Positions 29,101-37,829 are shown, counted from the first letter of the stretch. The stretch is DNA of 46,220 bases from an uncultured Bacteroidia bacterium (GCA_902790405.1 CADARW010000001.1:1-46220), one strand, 5' to 3'. A program made the numbers and translations. The notes: generated by a model from the letters alone, not told the origin.

Positions 29101-30650
29101 GAAATTGTAATTTCCGGAACAAGTGCATCCATGTCGGTCGAATTTGCAACCGATACTGCAATAGTTCCGTTTCCGCTATTGATTGTAGCTTCTGACATCT
29201 GGGTAGGTAATGTAAATGTAAGAATCTCGGCTTCGCTATAAGCTTCACGAACAACAAAATTATCCATATATGTGCCACTTCCATACTGGCTTTCTCCTCT
29301 CAATATGATATAGCATGTTCCTGAGAAAGGAATTGTGAACGCGTATGTGTACCACCCGTAATCATCTTCCTCTGTCACTACGCCGCCATCGGATTGTGTA
29401 TAGTCACGCGATACGAATCCCAGCTCTGTAGCTCCTTCTATTTCTCCATCGGTACTTGCAAAAATTCGTATGCCTTCATTTGCATAACTGTCAGAATTTC
29501 GCAACACATCAATTGAGAATTTGTAAATGCCTTCGTCGGGTATTGTCATTCCCGGCAGAACCAGCTTGGTCAATGTCCCGCTTGTCATATTGGGCAGATA
29601 AATTAATCCTGTATTATTCGATTCATTACCGTACGGATATATCCAGAAAATACCAGAACCATAGCCTTCTAAGTGTTCGTTTTCCCAGCATGGAGCAGAA
29701 AAAGGGCCACTATCGTAGGTATTAAAATCTTCACTCCATGGGAAAGAAACAATTGCGTCACATTCTGTGCGGAATGTTACCCTTTTCCATCTGCTTTCGT
29801 CATCGTTACTGCAAACTGCCTTTACAAATACATCGTATGGAGTATTATCCGCAAGACCATTTATTGTATAGTTTGTACTTGTAAGTTCTACGGTAGTACC
29901 TTCGGTTTCAACATCAAAGCCATGAACACCATACTTGAGCACCCAAGCGGTTTCGCTGCCGCCAGGCATCCACGAAACATAGGCAGTCGAGGTAGTAATA
30001 TCGCTTACTGCAAGACTATTTACTTTATGGCATGAAGTACTTGCATTAGGATCAATCGTTAGCTTAATGTTGTTACGATAATTATATATATATTTATTTC
30101 CAGAATACGATGTCAAATTATCAAAATCGGGGCAATAAGTATCGCTGTAATAGCTAATTGACATATAATCGGTAGTTTCGGTGCATCTATATGTATAACT
30201 TGAACCAGGATAACCATAGATGTGATCATACATACAAACCAAAAGGTTGTCGTTGCCATTATAATAGAATTCGTCATCAAGTTCAATGGTTATCCAGCCT
30301 CTGCCAGCTGCACTGACATTGCCTTCATACACCAATGTAGTTCCTGTCATATCAACAATATCGGCATCAGATTCGAATGAATTTTTATCAATATTCATCA
30401 TGTACACCTTGATTCCTGGCAAGCTGAATGCATCAGTGTAATCATAATAGAAACTGATAGAGGTAATTGTTCCTGCCGAACCAATTTCTTCAGCCGTAAA
30501 AATCTGCTGATTAAGTGAATAATTGTACCACATGTTTATTGGCAAATGATAATACGAATCAGTACCATTGCCAATCGTCACTTCTGTCTGAGCGACCGCT
30601 CCAAATGCCATTGCTAGCAGTAGAAGCACACTAAATAATAGTTTTTTCAT
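26127..30650 (-). CDS. Large T9SS-secreted modular surface protein 3
   Basis: First 27 aa identical to protein 2; Fn3, adhesin-like and two pairs of YTVTAE(D/A) domains; CTD VYPNPNNG..GQIVVE. Confidence 0.88.
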   Translation of the reverse strand: MKKLLFSVLLLLAMAFGAVAQTEVTIGNGTDSYYHLPINMWYNYSLNQQIFTAEEIGSAGTITSISFYYDYTDAFSLPGIKVYMMNIDKNSFESDADIVDMTGTTLVYEGNVSAAGRGWITIELDDEFYYNGNDNLLVCMYDHIYGYPGSSYTYRCTETTDYMSISYYSDTYCPDFDNLTSYSGNKYIYNYRNNIKLTIDPNASTSCHKVNSLAVSDITTSTAYVSWMPGGSETAWVLKYGVHGFDVETEGTTVELTSTNYTINGLADNTPYDVFVKAVCSNDDESRWKRVTFRTECDAIVSFPWSEDFNTYDSGPFSAPCWENEHLEGYGSGIFWIYPYGNESNNTGLIYLPNMTSGTLTKLVLPGMTIPDEGIYKFSIDVLRNSDSYANEGIRIFASTDGEIEGATELGFVSRDYTQSDGGVVTEEDDYGWYTYAFTIPFSGTCYIILRGESQYGSGTYMDNFVVREAYSEAEILTFTLPTQMSEATINSGNGTIAVSVANSTDMDALVPEITISDFAEISDPTITGEGNVRTFAYTVTAEAGNTKDWTITVTRAPVSHNAFITGFTFYGQKEGTEATIVSDTENGIYTVNAVAEWDLELYDIAPTVTVSVAATMTPESETSHDFTNPVNYTVTAEDGETTHTYAVTIVNDPDACITPWNIYVSNITTNSATVLWEQAYIETSYRIKVSTESMRDMTLTADVFDGIVDTTTKDIEGLTPGTLYYVYIQSNCENAEDWEYIDFTTACEPISVLPYEEGFENYFPFMTPVCWTKVGDGYAMITDYNGNTGTNSVIFGGTTNGNILALPQFETNGSAIMLDFYTKPESYTNSNCGTFEVGYITDLNDATTFTTLETYSYDDWSDNQHERKVVNMSSVPAGSYFAFNHKANSHNWYWFVDDVVVRYVSDEAEIVDFDFPTRMSAPVIDTANATVAVVASYQADFDDLEETVIVSDYATYVENTANIAGTTKTYTYTVTAEDETTTKDWTVTVTKAEAASTANDILSFTFDGQHGESIIDTTAKTVTAYAEWYIDLDDYISPEIIVSPMATITPESGVAQIFNEPVQYTVTAEDGESVATWTVTITTDPNACVNPFNLNVYNVEETSATLQWEPSFNETSYHVKVSTTEMDDMTATADVYDGEVALAGDEIELDLTELAASTSYYVYVQSNCGTDEWVETFFMTECDGSAHSLPFIETFDATSATRQCWNIIDVNHDYYTWSYDYDYIYYEEVARYNYSYYNANDWLISPKLAIVEGANLTFEYWCERDYPERFSVYVMDNPANYASATQVLSTQIANSSFISTIPSINLTAYAGQEIYIGIKCESEADQESLFIDNFKIEVITHTITLTVGEHGSVTPCGENGVVTVGDGADAEFTIAPDDGYQIEAIYIDGNPIYCDVAGETYTFTSVSTDHTLSVTFVPSVSVDENEAASMSVYPNPNNGMFSIDFSNIEGDATYQIIDARGAIIETRDINVANGETMTFNHNLVPGTYFVRIINADKVYVGQIVVE

Positions 30651-30692
30651 ATTTCAAACCTCCCGTTATATGCCATCGGATCCCTCGGCTTT
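30651..30692 (-). promoter_or_regulatory. Conserved 5'-UTR motif, copy 3
   Basis: AAAGCCGAGGGATCCGATGGCATATAACGGGAGGTTTGAAAT before the ATG. Confidence 0.75.
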
Positions 30693-30751
30693 AAAATCAA
30701 ACAATCCAAATTTAATTTAATTACCTCAAATACAATCTTGAAGCAAGCGCA

Positions 30752-30759
30752 CAAAGGTA
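30752..30759 (-). promoter_or_regulatory. -7 promoter box TACCTTTG of adhesin gene 3
   Basis: TAnnTTTG consensus ~102 bp upstream of the ATG. Confidence 0.6.
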
Positions 30760-30924
30760 AGTGTTTTTTTTTATACGAATAATTAAATAGAGGAAAAATA
30801 TTATACAAAAATTCAAGGATTTAAAGATTGGCGAATTCAAAGAAATTTATGCTGGCAGATGTTGTTTTTTTTGTCGTCTCGAGCAGATTGATTATTTTTG
30901 TGAAAAATTAAATGATGTTTTGAT

Positions 30925-31326
30925 ATGAAAAGATTGATTTTATTGTTTTTTTCTATTGTTTGCCTTTCGATGGCTGCATTTGCCGACCAGTTGGAGTACA
31001 TTTCTGAGCAGGATGCACAAGAAGCAGTGAAGCTTCTCAAGAAGCAGAAGTATGTTCTTTTGTATTGCGGTTGTTGTGCCGACGGTTACGATGCAAAGCA
31101 ATATGTGAAGATTAATTCGGTTTCGTACCGCTATACGAACTACATGGATTTCTACGAAGTTGTGGTAGAGGGCGTTGATGCCAACGGCAACAAGGTTTCG
31201 GAAACTATCGACCTTGCGTATTCCCACATCAAAAAAGGGAAAAATGCGCAATGTATTGGGCTTGCCCTCAATTTGGGATGCGACCCTTGCGTTGAGAATT
31301 TGAAATGGGAATGCCCGAAATTCTAA
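30925..31326 (+). CDS. Small exported Cys-rich hypothetical protein
   Basis: Signal peptide ending AAFA; YCGCC, IDLAY, GCDPC motifs. Confidence 0.8.
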   Translation: MKRLILLFFSIVCLSMAAFADQLEYISEQDAQEAVKLLKKQKYVLLYCGCCADGYDAKQYVKINSVSYRYTNYMDFYEVVVEGVDANGNKVSETIDLAYSHIKKGKNAQCIGLALNLGCDPCVENLKWECPKF

Positions 31327-31340
31327 AAAGTTGATATTTT

Positions 31341-31388
31341 AATACCCTGTGGTGCCGCGGCGAGCCACGGCTCAACAGGGTATTTTTT
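31341..31388 (+). terminator. Terminator-like hairpin
   Basis: AATACCCTGT/ACAGGGTATT outer stem, GC-rich inner stem, T-run. Confidence 0.65.
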
Positions 31389-31461
31389 CATTTCAAAAAA
31401 ATATTCCAAATAACCTTTAAAAACATTAAATTTGCGCCCTTAAAATTGTAAATATTTCAAT

Positions 31462-34083
31462 ATGGAATTATCAGCCAAATACGAACCGCAAGAGATTGAA
31501 AAGAAATGGTACGACTACTGGACAGAACATAAGTTCTTCCACTCGGAACCCGATAACCGTGAACCTTACGTTGTCGTGATTCCGCCGCCAAACGTTACGG
31601 GAATCCTCCACATGGGACACATGCTCAACAATACTATCCAGGATATTCTTGTCCGCCGTGCCCGCATGTCGGGAAAGAATGCAATCTGGGTGCCCGGTAC
31701 CGACCACGCATCCATTGCAACCGAAGCAAAGGTGGTCAACAAACTTGCTCAGCAAGGCATAAAGAAAACCGACCTCAGCCGCGACGAATTCCTCAAGCAC
31801 GCTTGGGACTGGACTCACGAACACGGTGGTATCATCCTTCAGCAGCTTCGCAAGCTCGGTGCTTCGTGCGACTGGGACCGTACCGCTTTCACTATGGACG
31901 AAAAGCGCTCGAAGAGCGTTATCAAGGTTTTCTGCGACCTTTACGACAAGGGGCTGATTTACCGTGGCGTTCGTATGGTCAATTGGGACCCGCAGGCAAA
32001 GACGGCTCTGTCCGACGAGGAAGTAGTTTACAAGGAACAGAACGGAAAACTTTACTACCTGCGCTACAAGATTGAAGGCGAAGACGGTTACGCTATCGTT
32101 GCAACCACTCGTCCCGAAACAATAATGGGTGATACTGCAATGTGTATCAACCCCAACGACCCGAAAAATACCCACTTGAAGGGTAAAAAGGTGATCGTTC
32201 CGCTCGTAAACCGCGTAATTCCTGTAATTGAGGACGAATATGTTGATATAGAGTTTGGTACTGGTTGCTTGAAGGTTACGCCGGCTCACGATGTCAACGA
32301 CTATATGCTTGGAGAAAAGTACAACCTTGAAAGCATAGACATCTTCAATGATGATGGTACTTTGAGTGAGGCGGCAGGTTTGTATGTTGGCATGGACCGT
32401 TTTGCAGTACGCAAGCAGATCGAAATCGACCTGCAGAATGCTGGACTTCTCGAAAAGGTTGAAAACTACACAAATAAGGTTGGCTACTCGGAGCGTACAA
32501 ATGTTGCTATCGAGCCAAAGCTTTCGATGCAGTGGTTCCTCAAGATGCAAGACCTTGCAAAACCAGCCCTCGATGCTGTTATGAACGACGACATCAAGTT
32601 CTATCCTGCAAAGTACAAGAACACATACCGTCACTGGATGGAAAACCTCAAGGACTGGTGCATCAGCCGTCAGTTGTGGTGGGGACATCAGATTCCAGCA
32701 TACTTCCTGCCAAAGGGCGGTTATGTTGTTGCCGAAACTCCAGAACTCGCACTCGAAAAAGCGAAAGCAAAGACTGGCGACAACAACCTTACAATGAGCG
32801 ATTTGCGTCAGGATAGCGATTGTTTGGACACTTGGTTCTCATCGTGGTTGTGGCCTATTTCGCTTTTCGACGGCATCAACAATCCCGACAACGAGGAAAT
32901 CAAATACTATTATCCGACATCAGACCTTGTAACCGCTCCCGATATTATTTTCTTCTGGGTGGCCCGAATGATTATGGCTGGCTACGAATATAAAGGTCAG
33001 ATGCCGTTCAAGAATGTGTATTTCACAGGTATCGTTCGCGACAAGATCGGACGTAAGATGTCGAAGTCGCTTGGCAACTCGCCCGACCCGATTGAACTCA
33101 TGGACAAGTATGGCACCGATGGCGTTCGTATGGGTATGATGCTTTCGGCTCCTGCTGGAAACGACATTCTTTTCGATGAGGCTTTGTGCGAGCAGGGACG
33201 TAACTTCAACAACAAGATTTGGAACGCACTCCGTCTTGTAAAGGGCTGGAATGTCGCCGATATTGAACAGCCTGCTGAAGCAAAGGTTGCTGTCGACTGG
33301 TTCAACTCGAAGCTCAGCGAAACCATTGCCGACCTTGACGAGGATTTCTCGAAGTACCGCATTTCGGAAGCCTTGATGAGAGTTTACAAGTTGTTCTGGG
33401 ACGAATTTTCGGCATGGTACCTCGAACTTATCAAGCCGGCATACGGACAGCCAATCGACCGTACGACCTACGATGCGACAATAGGTTTCTTCGAGAAGCT
33501 GGTTCTTCTGTTGCATCCGTTCATGCCGTTCATCACCGAGGAAATCTGGCAGTCGATAGCCGAACGCAAGGAAGGCGAAAGCATTGTTGTTGCAAATTTG
33601 CCAAAGGCAATGCCTGTCGATGCCAATATGCTTGCTGGTTTTGAACTTACCAAGGAAGTTGTTGCAAATATCCGTACCGTAAGAAAGGAAAAGAACATTC
33701 CGCAGAAGGAAAAGCTTACAATGTCGGTTATCAAGCACGAAAAGTACTACGATGCACTCGACTGCGTTATTATGAAACTCTGCAACATGGAAAAGATTGA
33801 CACTATTGCCGAAAAACTTCCGATGGCAGCAGGTTTCATCGTTAACAAGAACGAATATTTCATTCCTGTTGGCAACCTTATTAACAAGGACGAAGAATTG
33901 AAGAAGTTGCGTGAAGAACTTGCCTACACCGAAAGTTTCCTTGAATCGGTAATGAAGAAGCTCTCGAACGAGAATTTCGTAAGCCACGCACCTGCGGCTG
34001 TAATCGACAAAGAACGCAAGAAACAAAGCGATGCCGAAACAAAAATTAAGATTCTGAAGGAACAGATTGCTGGATTGGAATAA
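31462..34083 (+). CDS. valS: Valine--tRNA ligase
   Basis: [46 protein letters not shown]-terminal coiled coil. Confidence 0.98.
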   Translation: MELSAKYEPQEIEKKWYDYWTEHKFFHSEPDNREPYVVVIPPPNVTGILHMGHMLNNTIQDILVRRARMSGKNAIWVPGTDHASIATEAKVVNKLAQQGIKKTDLSRDEFLKHAWDWTHEHGGIILQQLRKLGASCDWDRTAFTMDEKRSKSVIKVFCDLYDKGLIYRGVRMVNWDPQAKTALSDEEVVYKEQNGKLYYLRYKIEGEDGYAIVATTRPETIMGDTAMCINPNDPKNTHLKGKKVIVPLVNRVIPVIEDEYVDIEFGTGCLKVTPAHDVNDYMLGEKYNLESIDIFNDDGTLSEAAGLYVGMDRFAVRKQIEIDLQNAGLLEKVENYTNKVGYSERTNVAIEPKLSMQWFLKMQDLAKPALDAVMNDDIKFYPAKYKNTYRHWMENLKDWCISRQLWWGHQIPAYFLPKGGYVVAETPELALEKAKAKTGDNNLTMSDLRQDSDCLDTWFSSWLWPISLFDGINNPDNEEIKYYYPTSDLVTAPDIIFFWVARMIMAGYEYKGQMPFKNVYFTGIVRDKIGRKMSKSLGNSPDPIELMDKYGTDGVRMGMMLSAPAGNDILFDEALCEQGRNFNNKIWNALRLVKGWNVADIEQPAEAKVAVDWFNSKLSETIADLDEDFSKYRISEALMRVYKLFWDEFSAWYLELIKPAYGQPIDRTTYDATIGFFEKLVLLLHPFMPFITEEIWQSIAERKEGESIVVANLPKAMPVDANMLAGFELTKEVVANIRTVRKEKNIPQKEKLTMSVIKHEKYYDALDCVIMKLCNMEKIDTIAEKLPMAAGFIVNKNEYFIPVGNLINKDEELKKLREELAYTESFLESVMKKLSNENFVSHAPAAVIDKERKKQSDAETKIKILKEQIAGLE

Positions 34084-34104
34084 TCCAAGAATACAATCAT
34101 AGAG

Positions 34105-34159
34105 TAAACCCCGAGAATGTCATGCTGGACTTGTTTCAGCATCTGATTCTCGGGGTTTA
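34105..34159. repeat. Long hairpin enclosing a GTCATGCTG..CTTGTTTCAGCATCT palindromic unit
   Basis: Perfect 14-bp arms TAAACCCCGAGAAT/ATTCTCGGGGTTTA plus inner ATGCTG/CAGCAT. Confidence 0.65.
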
Positions 34160-34183
34160 TTACGATAGAATAAATGCATAACA

Positions 34184-34213
34184 AAAGAGCGAAGGCAAAA
34201 ACCTTCGCTCTTT
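34184..34213. terminator. Probable bidirectional terminator between valS and the efflux operon
   Basis: AAAGAGCGAAGG/CCTTCGCTCTTT 12-bp stem between convergent genes. Confidence 0.8.
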
Positions 34214-34233
34214 CTACTTATTTTGTTTTCCTT

Positions 34234-34527
34234 TTATATCATCTGCTCGATGTTCCACACAAAAGCCTTTACACCGACTTCACGATTTCTGTTGTCGAGT
34301 TTCTTGACTGTTTCGAGAAGTTCGGGAACTTTTTCGTCGGGAACAACGGTCATAATGGCTGAATTCATTTCCGGCCAGGTGTGAGTGCCACGGCGGGGCT
34401 CGCCTATCTTTGTGCCTCGTCCCTGCACATTCTCCCAATATGTGAAACCTCTGATGTTCAGCGCATCAAGAATATATTCAACACGCTCGGTGTTTGCTTG
34501 GTTATATACTATGAATACTGATTTCAT
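34234..34527 (-). CDS. P-II-like transporter-associated protein (PG0541-like)
   Basis: RGFTYWENVQGRG..GEPRRGTHTWP; 97 aa; last gene of the RND operon. Confidence 0.8.
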   Translation of the reverse strand: MKSVFIVYNQANTERVEYILDALNIRGFTYWENVQGRGTKIGEPRRGTHTWPEMNSAIMTVVPDEKVPELLETVKKLDNRNREVGVKAFVWNIEQMI

Positions 34528-34529
34528 TG

Positions 34530-37500
34530 CTAATCGTTTTTAGGTTCTTCATTCTGATTAATTACAACCTCCATGTTTTCTTCTTCCTTGTCAAGGTATT
34601 CGTAGTCGGCATTGTTGATGTCCATGAATACGAATGTCTTGCGGAGCTTAGCCTGGTCGTCGCGTTCGCCCTTGCGCGAGAAGATTGCGTAAAGCACCGG
34701 AACGACAATCAAGGTTACGAAGGTCGATACGGTAAGACCGCCGATTACTACAACACCCATGCCGTGCCACAATTCGGAGCCTTCGCTGGTACTCATTGCC
34801 ATTGGCACCATACCGAGGATTGTGGTGAATGCCGTCATAAGCACTGGACGCAGACGCGACTGTCCCGAAAGTGCAATTGCTTCCTTAAGTTCGTAGCCAC
34901 GGTCGCGCATAAGGTTGATGTAATCGACAAGCACGATACCGTTCTTGACAACGATACCAATAAGAAGTATCAAGCCCAATGCACCCATCATATCGAGAGT
35001 TGTGCCCGTAATAAGCAATGCGAGGATAGTACCGGTAATTGCGAACGGGATTGACATCATTATGATGAACGGCTTGGAGAATGATTCGAACTGCGATGCC
35101 ATAACAATGTAAACCAACATCATGATGAGCAGTGCCAGGGTAACCATATCCTTGAAGGTATCCTGCTGGGTTTCGTACGAACCGCCAAGTCGTGTTGAGA
35201 TGCCGAGCGGAATATTTGTCTGGTCGATAACTCCCTGAACATCCTTTGCGAGGTCGCCCAACGAAGCGTTGTAAGGTGTTACGCTGACGGTAAGGTAACG
35301 CTGGCGGTTCTTGCGCTCGATGTTTGGAGGACACCAGTATTCGCTTATTTCGGCAAGTTCGCTCAACTTTATCTTTTCGCCTCTCGGGCTCATGATTGTA
35401 AGTTCTTCGATGTCGGTGAGACTATTGCGGAATTCCTCCTTTAGCCTTACTACAATGTCGTATTCCTCGCCGTCTTCCTTTAGGAATCCGGCAGTCATTC
35501 CGTTTACACGGTAGCGTACATACATTGCAGCTTGTGAGGTGCTAAGTCCGTGGCGTGCAAGCTTTTCCTTGTCGAAAACTATCTGAAGTTCAGCACGGTC
35601 TTCCTCACGGCTGATGGTCACGTCGCGTGCCGACGGCAATTCCTTGAACTTGTGTTTCAACTCGTTGGCAAGGATATTGGTTTCGTCGAAGTCGTATCCG
35701 TAGATTTCAACCGAAACATTGTTGTTGCCCATACCGCCACCGCCGCCGCTGCTTGTCGAAACCGAGTAGTTGATGATTTCGGGGTAACTCTTCAGTTCTT
35801 CACGGATAATTTCGGCCATTTCGAAGATTGTGCGCTTACGCTCGTACTTCTTCGAGGTACGAACCGTCATGTTGATCTTGTTGTTGGTTGTTCCCGAGAA
35901 CAATGCCGAAATACTTGATTCGTCGTTCGAACCTGCCGAGGTAGAGATAACCTTTGTTTCGGGGATAAGTTCGTGAATGCGGCACTCTATTCTACGGGCA
36001 GTCTTCAGGGTTTCCTCGATTCTGGTACCACGCTGGAGTTCAATCTTGATTGACATATTGCCGTTATCCTGCTGCTGCATGAAGTCGGTTCCGATTGTGC
36101 CGTTGGTAAACGGAATCAGCGAAACTACGAATATTGCAAGAGCAATGAGCATGGTGACAAGCTTGTGGTCGAGGCATACGCGGAGCAGTTTAGAATACCA
36201 GAGGTCAATCTTGTCGAACAGCTTGCCGATAGTATTCTTGTGAGAGAAAATTTTCTTCTTCTGCTTTGCAAGATATTCCTTTTCTTCCTCCTTGTTGACG
36301 AAGAACTTGTTGGCCTTCAACATCTTTGAACAAAGCATCGGGATAAGCGTGATAGCTGTTGCCGTTGAGGTGCAGACTACTATTGTAACAATCCATCCGA
36401 GTTCCTTGAACATGATACCAGCCATACCGGTAAGCATTGTCAGCGGGACGAACACGGCAACGATAACAAGGGTGGTTGCGATAACCGAAACCCATACCTC
36501 GTTGGTTGCGTAAATTGCAGCTTCGCGCGGGCTTGAGCCTCGTTCGATGTGCTTGGTAATGTTTTCAAGTACAACGATAGCATCATCCACCACCATACCG
36601 ATTGCAATGGTAAGAGACGCAAGCGAGACTATGTTGAGCGAGCTGTCGGCCATGAGCAGGTAGATGAATGAAACGATAAGCGAAATAGGAATTGTCAAGC
36701 TGATAATCAATGTAGAACGCCAGTTGCCGAGGAATACTAGCACAACCAGTACCACGAACAGCAAAGCGTAGAATATTGAGTCGGCAAGACCGAAGATTGC
36801 ATTCTTGATTTCGATTGAACCATCGCGGATTACAGTACATTTGATGTCGGGAGGAAGGATTTTCATAATCTTTTCCATTTCCTCGTTCACCTTTTTACAT
36901 ATTTCCACGGTGTTTGCTCCTGTCTGCTTACTTATCTGCAAACGAACGCCTTCCTTTCCGAGAACTTCCTGACCGTCTTCGAGGATGCTTATTCTTTCGT
37001 CGAGCGACAGGTCCTTGATGGTATCGCGCACTGTTGCAAGGTCGCGGACGAAAACCTGCTTGCCGTCGGGGGTGGTTGTTACAACTATGTTGTTGATTTC
37101 GGAACTTTCAATGTATTCACTTTCAACGCGGAGCTGGTACTGTTCCTTTCCCATCTTCACGGTTCCCGATGCAAGGTTGAGGTTGTTGCCTGCAATTGCA
37201 TTTCCGACTACTTCAACCGAAAGGTTGTAGGCGTCGAGCTGGTTGGGGTCAAGGTCAACATACACATAACGGTCGGGGGCTCCCGAAAGCGATATGTTTC
37301 CGATACCATCGATGCGGTTCAGCGTATTTACTACATTGTCCTCCAATATTTTGTCCAAGCCGGCATAACTTTCCTCAGCGGTGAATCCGAGCTGCATGAT
37401 TGGCATTGCGCTCGAGTTCAACTTGATAATCATTGGTCGGCTTACACCGTCGGGCAGATTGTCGTAAACCAAATCGACATAGGAGCGGATGTCGTTCATC

Positions 37501-37811
37501 ACATCATCGATGTTGACTCCCCACTCAAATTCGAGCGTTACAATGGAAAGGTTATCCTTCGAGGTGGAAAACAAGTTTTTAAGTCCATCGACGGAGTTAA
37601 GTGCATTTTCGAGAATCTTGCTTATGTTGGTTTCGATTTCGCTGGCGTTTGCACCCGGATATGTTGTCATAATGGTAACATACGGCGGGTCGATTTCGGG
37701 GAACTGGTCGATTGGCAGTCGCGACAGCGAGAACAAGCCCATCACAATTACGGCGACAAAGATAAGTCCCGTAGTGATAGGTTTTTGTATTGCGGTTTTG
37801 TAGATACTCAT
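34530..37811 (-). CDS. RND efflux permease (AcrB/AcrD/AcrF family)
   Basis: YPGANASEIE, IGMVVDDAIVVLENI, GIVVKNGIVLVD, RLRPVLMT. Confidence 0.95.
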   Translation of the reverse strand: MSIYKTAIQKPITTGLIFVAVIVMGLFSLSRLPIDQFPEIDPPYVTIMTTYPGANASEIETNISKILENALNSVDGLKNLFSTSKDNLSIVTLEFEWGVNIDDVMNDIRSYVDLVYDNLPDGVSRPMIIKLNSSAMPIMQLGFTAEESYAGLDKILEDNVVNTLNRIDGIGNISLSGAPDRYVYVDLDPNQLDAYNLSVEVVGNAIAGNNLNLASGTVKMGKEQYQLRVESEYIESSEINNIVVTTTPDGKQVFVRDLATVRDTIKDLSLDERISILEDGQEVLGKEGVRLQISKQTGANTVEICKKVNEEMEKIMKILPPDIKCTVIRDGSIEIKNAIFGLADSIFYALLFVVLVVLVFLGNWRSTLIISLTIPISLIVSFIYLLMADSSLNIVSLASLTIAIGMVVDDAIVVLENITKHIERGSSPREAAIYATNEVWVSVIATTLVIVAVFVPLTMLTGMAGIMFKELGWIVTIVVCTSTATAITLIPMLCSKMLKANKFFVNKEEEKEYLAKQKKKIFSHKNTIGKLFDKIDLWYSKLLRVCLDHKLVTMLIALAIFVVSLIPFTNGTIGTDFMQQQDNGNMSIKIELQRGTRIEETLKTARRIECRIHELIPETKVISTSAGSNDESSISALFSGTTNNKINMTVRTSKKYERKRTIFEMAEIIREELKSYPEIINYSVSTSSGGGGGMGNNNVSVEIYGYDFDETNILANELKHKFKELPSARDVTISREEDRAELQIVFDKEKLARHGLSTSQAAMYVRYRVNGMTAGFLKEDGEEYDIVVRLKEEFRNSLTDIEELTIMSPRGEKIKLSELAEISEYWCPPNIERKNRQRYLTVSVTPYNASLGDLAKDVQGVIDQTNIPLGISTRLGGSYETQQDTFKDMVTLALLIMMLVYIVMASQFESFSKPFIIMMSIPFAITGTILALLITGTTLDMMGALGLILLIGIVVKNGIVLVDYINLMRDRGYELKEAIALSGQSRLRPVLMTAFTTILGMVPMAMSTSEGSELWHGMGVVVIGGLTVSTFVTLIVVPVLYAIFSRKGERDDQAKLRKTFVFMDINNADYEYLDKEEENMEVVINQNEEPKND

Positions 37812-37829
37812 CGTCTTGTCCTTTCTGCT

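Noticed and set aside
17028-30650. Diversity-generating retroelement acting on the adhesin repeats or CTD tails
   Set aside because: No reverse transcriptase or non-coding template repeat in the window; differences between repeats include indels and are not confined to adenines
30693-30924. Invertible (phase-variable) promoter for the adhesin array
   Set aside because: No inverted repeats flanking the -7 boxes were found and there is no recombinase in the window
31471-34026. Long antisense ORFs (405 and 368 aa) within valS
   Set aside because: Shadow frames of a highly biased housekeeping gene; no protein motifs
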